Below the pieces are notes generated by a model, which ran no database searches, was not told where the DNA came from, and saw nothing but the letters and a program-made list of their open reading frames with translations. Shown here one piece after another: positions 63,370-64,000 of a stretch of DNA of 64,000 bases (its first letter is position 1; each line of letters starts with the position of its first letter). The translations under genes and the position numbers were made by a program. Source of the stretch: Alphaproteobacteria bacterium (GTDB lineage Bacteria > Pseudomonadota > Alphaproteobacteria > GCA-2731375); assembly GCA_965225945.1 (NCBI GenBank), contig CBDDBZ010000037.1, positions 352,001-416,000 on the forward strand, in the 5' to 3' direction.

Positions 63370-64000
63370 GGGGGCCACCGACGGCGGCGCCATCAGGGCA
63401 TCTTGATCGCGGACAAACCGTTCCTCGATGCTCTCGCGATGGCCGCGCAGGATATCCGTTCCTCGTCTACGGCAGTGCGCCGCCAGATCGGCGTTGAAGG
63501 CGTCCCAGCTCTCGACGCGCGGGATCGGCACCATGAAGTTGCGCCGTGCGAGGCCGACCATCCCTTCAACCTTGACTTTATCGTTGCCCTTGCCGGGCCG
63601 GCCGTAGCGGTCCTCGAACAGATAGTGGGATTGCAACTTGCTGAAGTCCTGCGTCCGTTGCCGCGTGCCGTCCTTCAGAATCCGCGCGACCAGGCGCTTG
63701 TCGTTGTCGTAGAGGATCGAGCGCGGCACGCCGCCGAAGAAGGCAAAGGCGCAAACATGGCCGTCCAACCAGGCTACCGTCGTCGCCGCCGGATAGGCCT
63801 TCACGAAGCACCTGTCGCTATGGGGAAGAGCCATCACGAAGAAATGGATCTTCCCCTCCACGCCGGCGATGTACGCCTTGGCTTCCCCAAAATCCGCTTG
63901 CGCATGGCCGGGAGGGTGCGCCAGTGGCACGAACATCTCCCGCCGACGACGGCGGTGTTCGCGAACGTAGTCCTTGACGATGGTCTCCCCGCCCTCGAAG
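63370..64000 (-). pseudogene. IS21 IstA, 3'-truncated; starts beyond the window
   Basis: TIVKDYV, PPGHAQADFG, LYDNDK, NDKVKVEG; similarity is lost after about 63375. Confidence 0.85.

Overview
GC-rich, most likely alphaproteobacterial DNA (CtrA box, clpS-clpA neighbourhood) in two parts. Positions 1-15550 are mostly housekeeping genes: vapB, an ABC peptide-binding protein, an LhgO-like oxidase, DUF3179, higBA with a nonsense-inactivated toxin, a VWA plus DnaJ pair, PMM/PGM, psuG, a D,D-carboxypeptidase, clpS-clpA, DsbA and glpK. Positions 15554-64000 are a decaying mobile/defence island that ends at a tyrosine integrase next to a tRNA-Met 3' half (att site). The island holds a nested stack: a class E-like group II intron interrupted by an IS1111-type IS110 element, which is itself interrupted by an IS21 and an IS256. 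The IS110 non-coding end has readable bridge-RNA-like guides matching its donor junction and its target in the intron RT gene. Next come two tandem copies of a second group II intron whose EBS1 pairs with the end of domain V of group II introns, including its own. Further on are a patchwork of gene fragments, an AbiL/RloAB-like pair, and a 4.1-kb IS21-type transposon with a 5-bp target duplication that carries a Cys-rich ORF and a primase-like (Toprim-type) gene in the istAB operon. The rest includes a type I R-M locus with an M48 peptidase, a HEPN gene and many IS copies. No CRISPR array or rRNA was seen. Family assignments come from motif recognition by eye, not from database searches.
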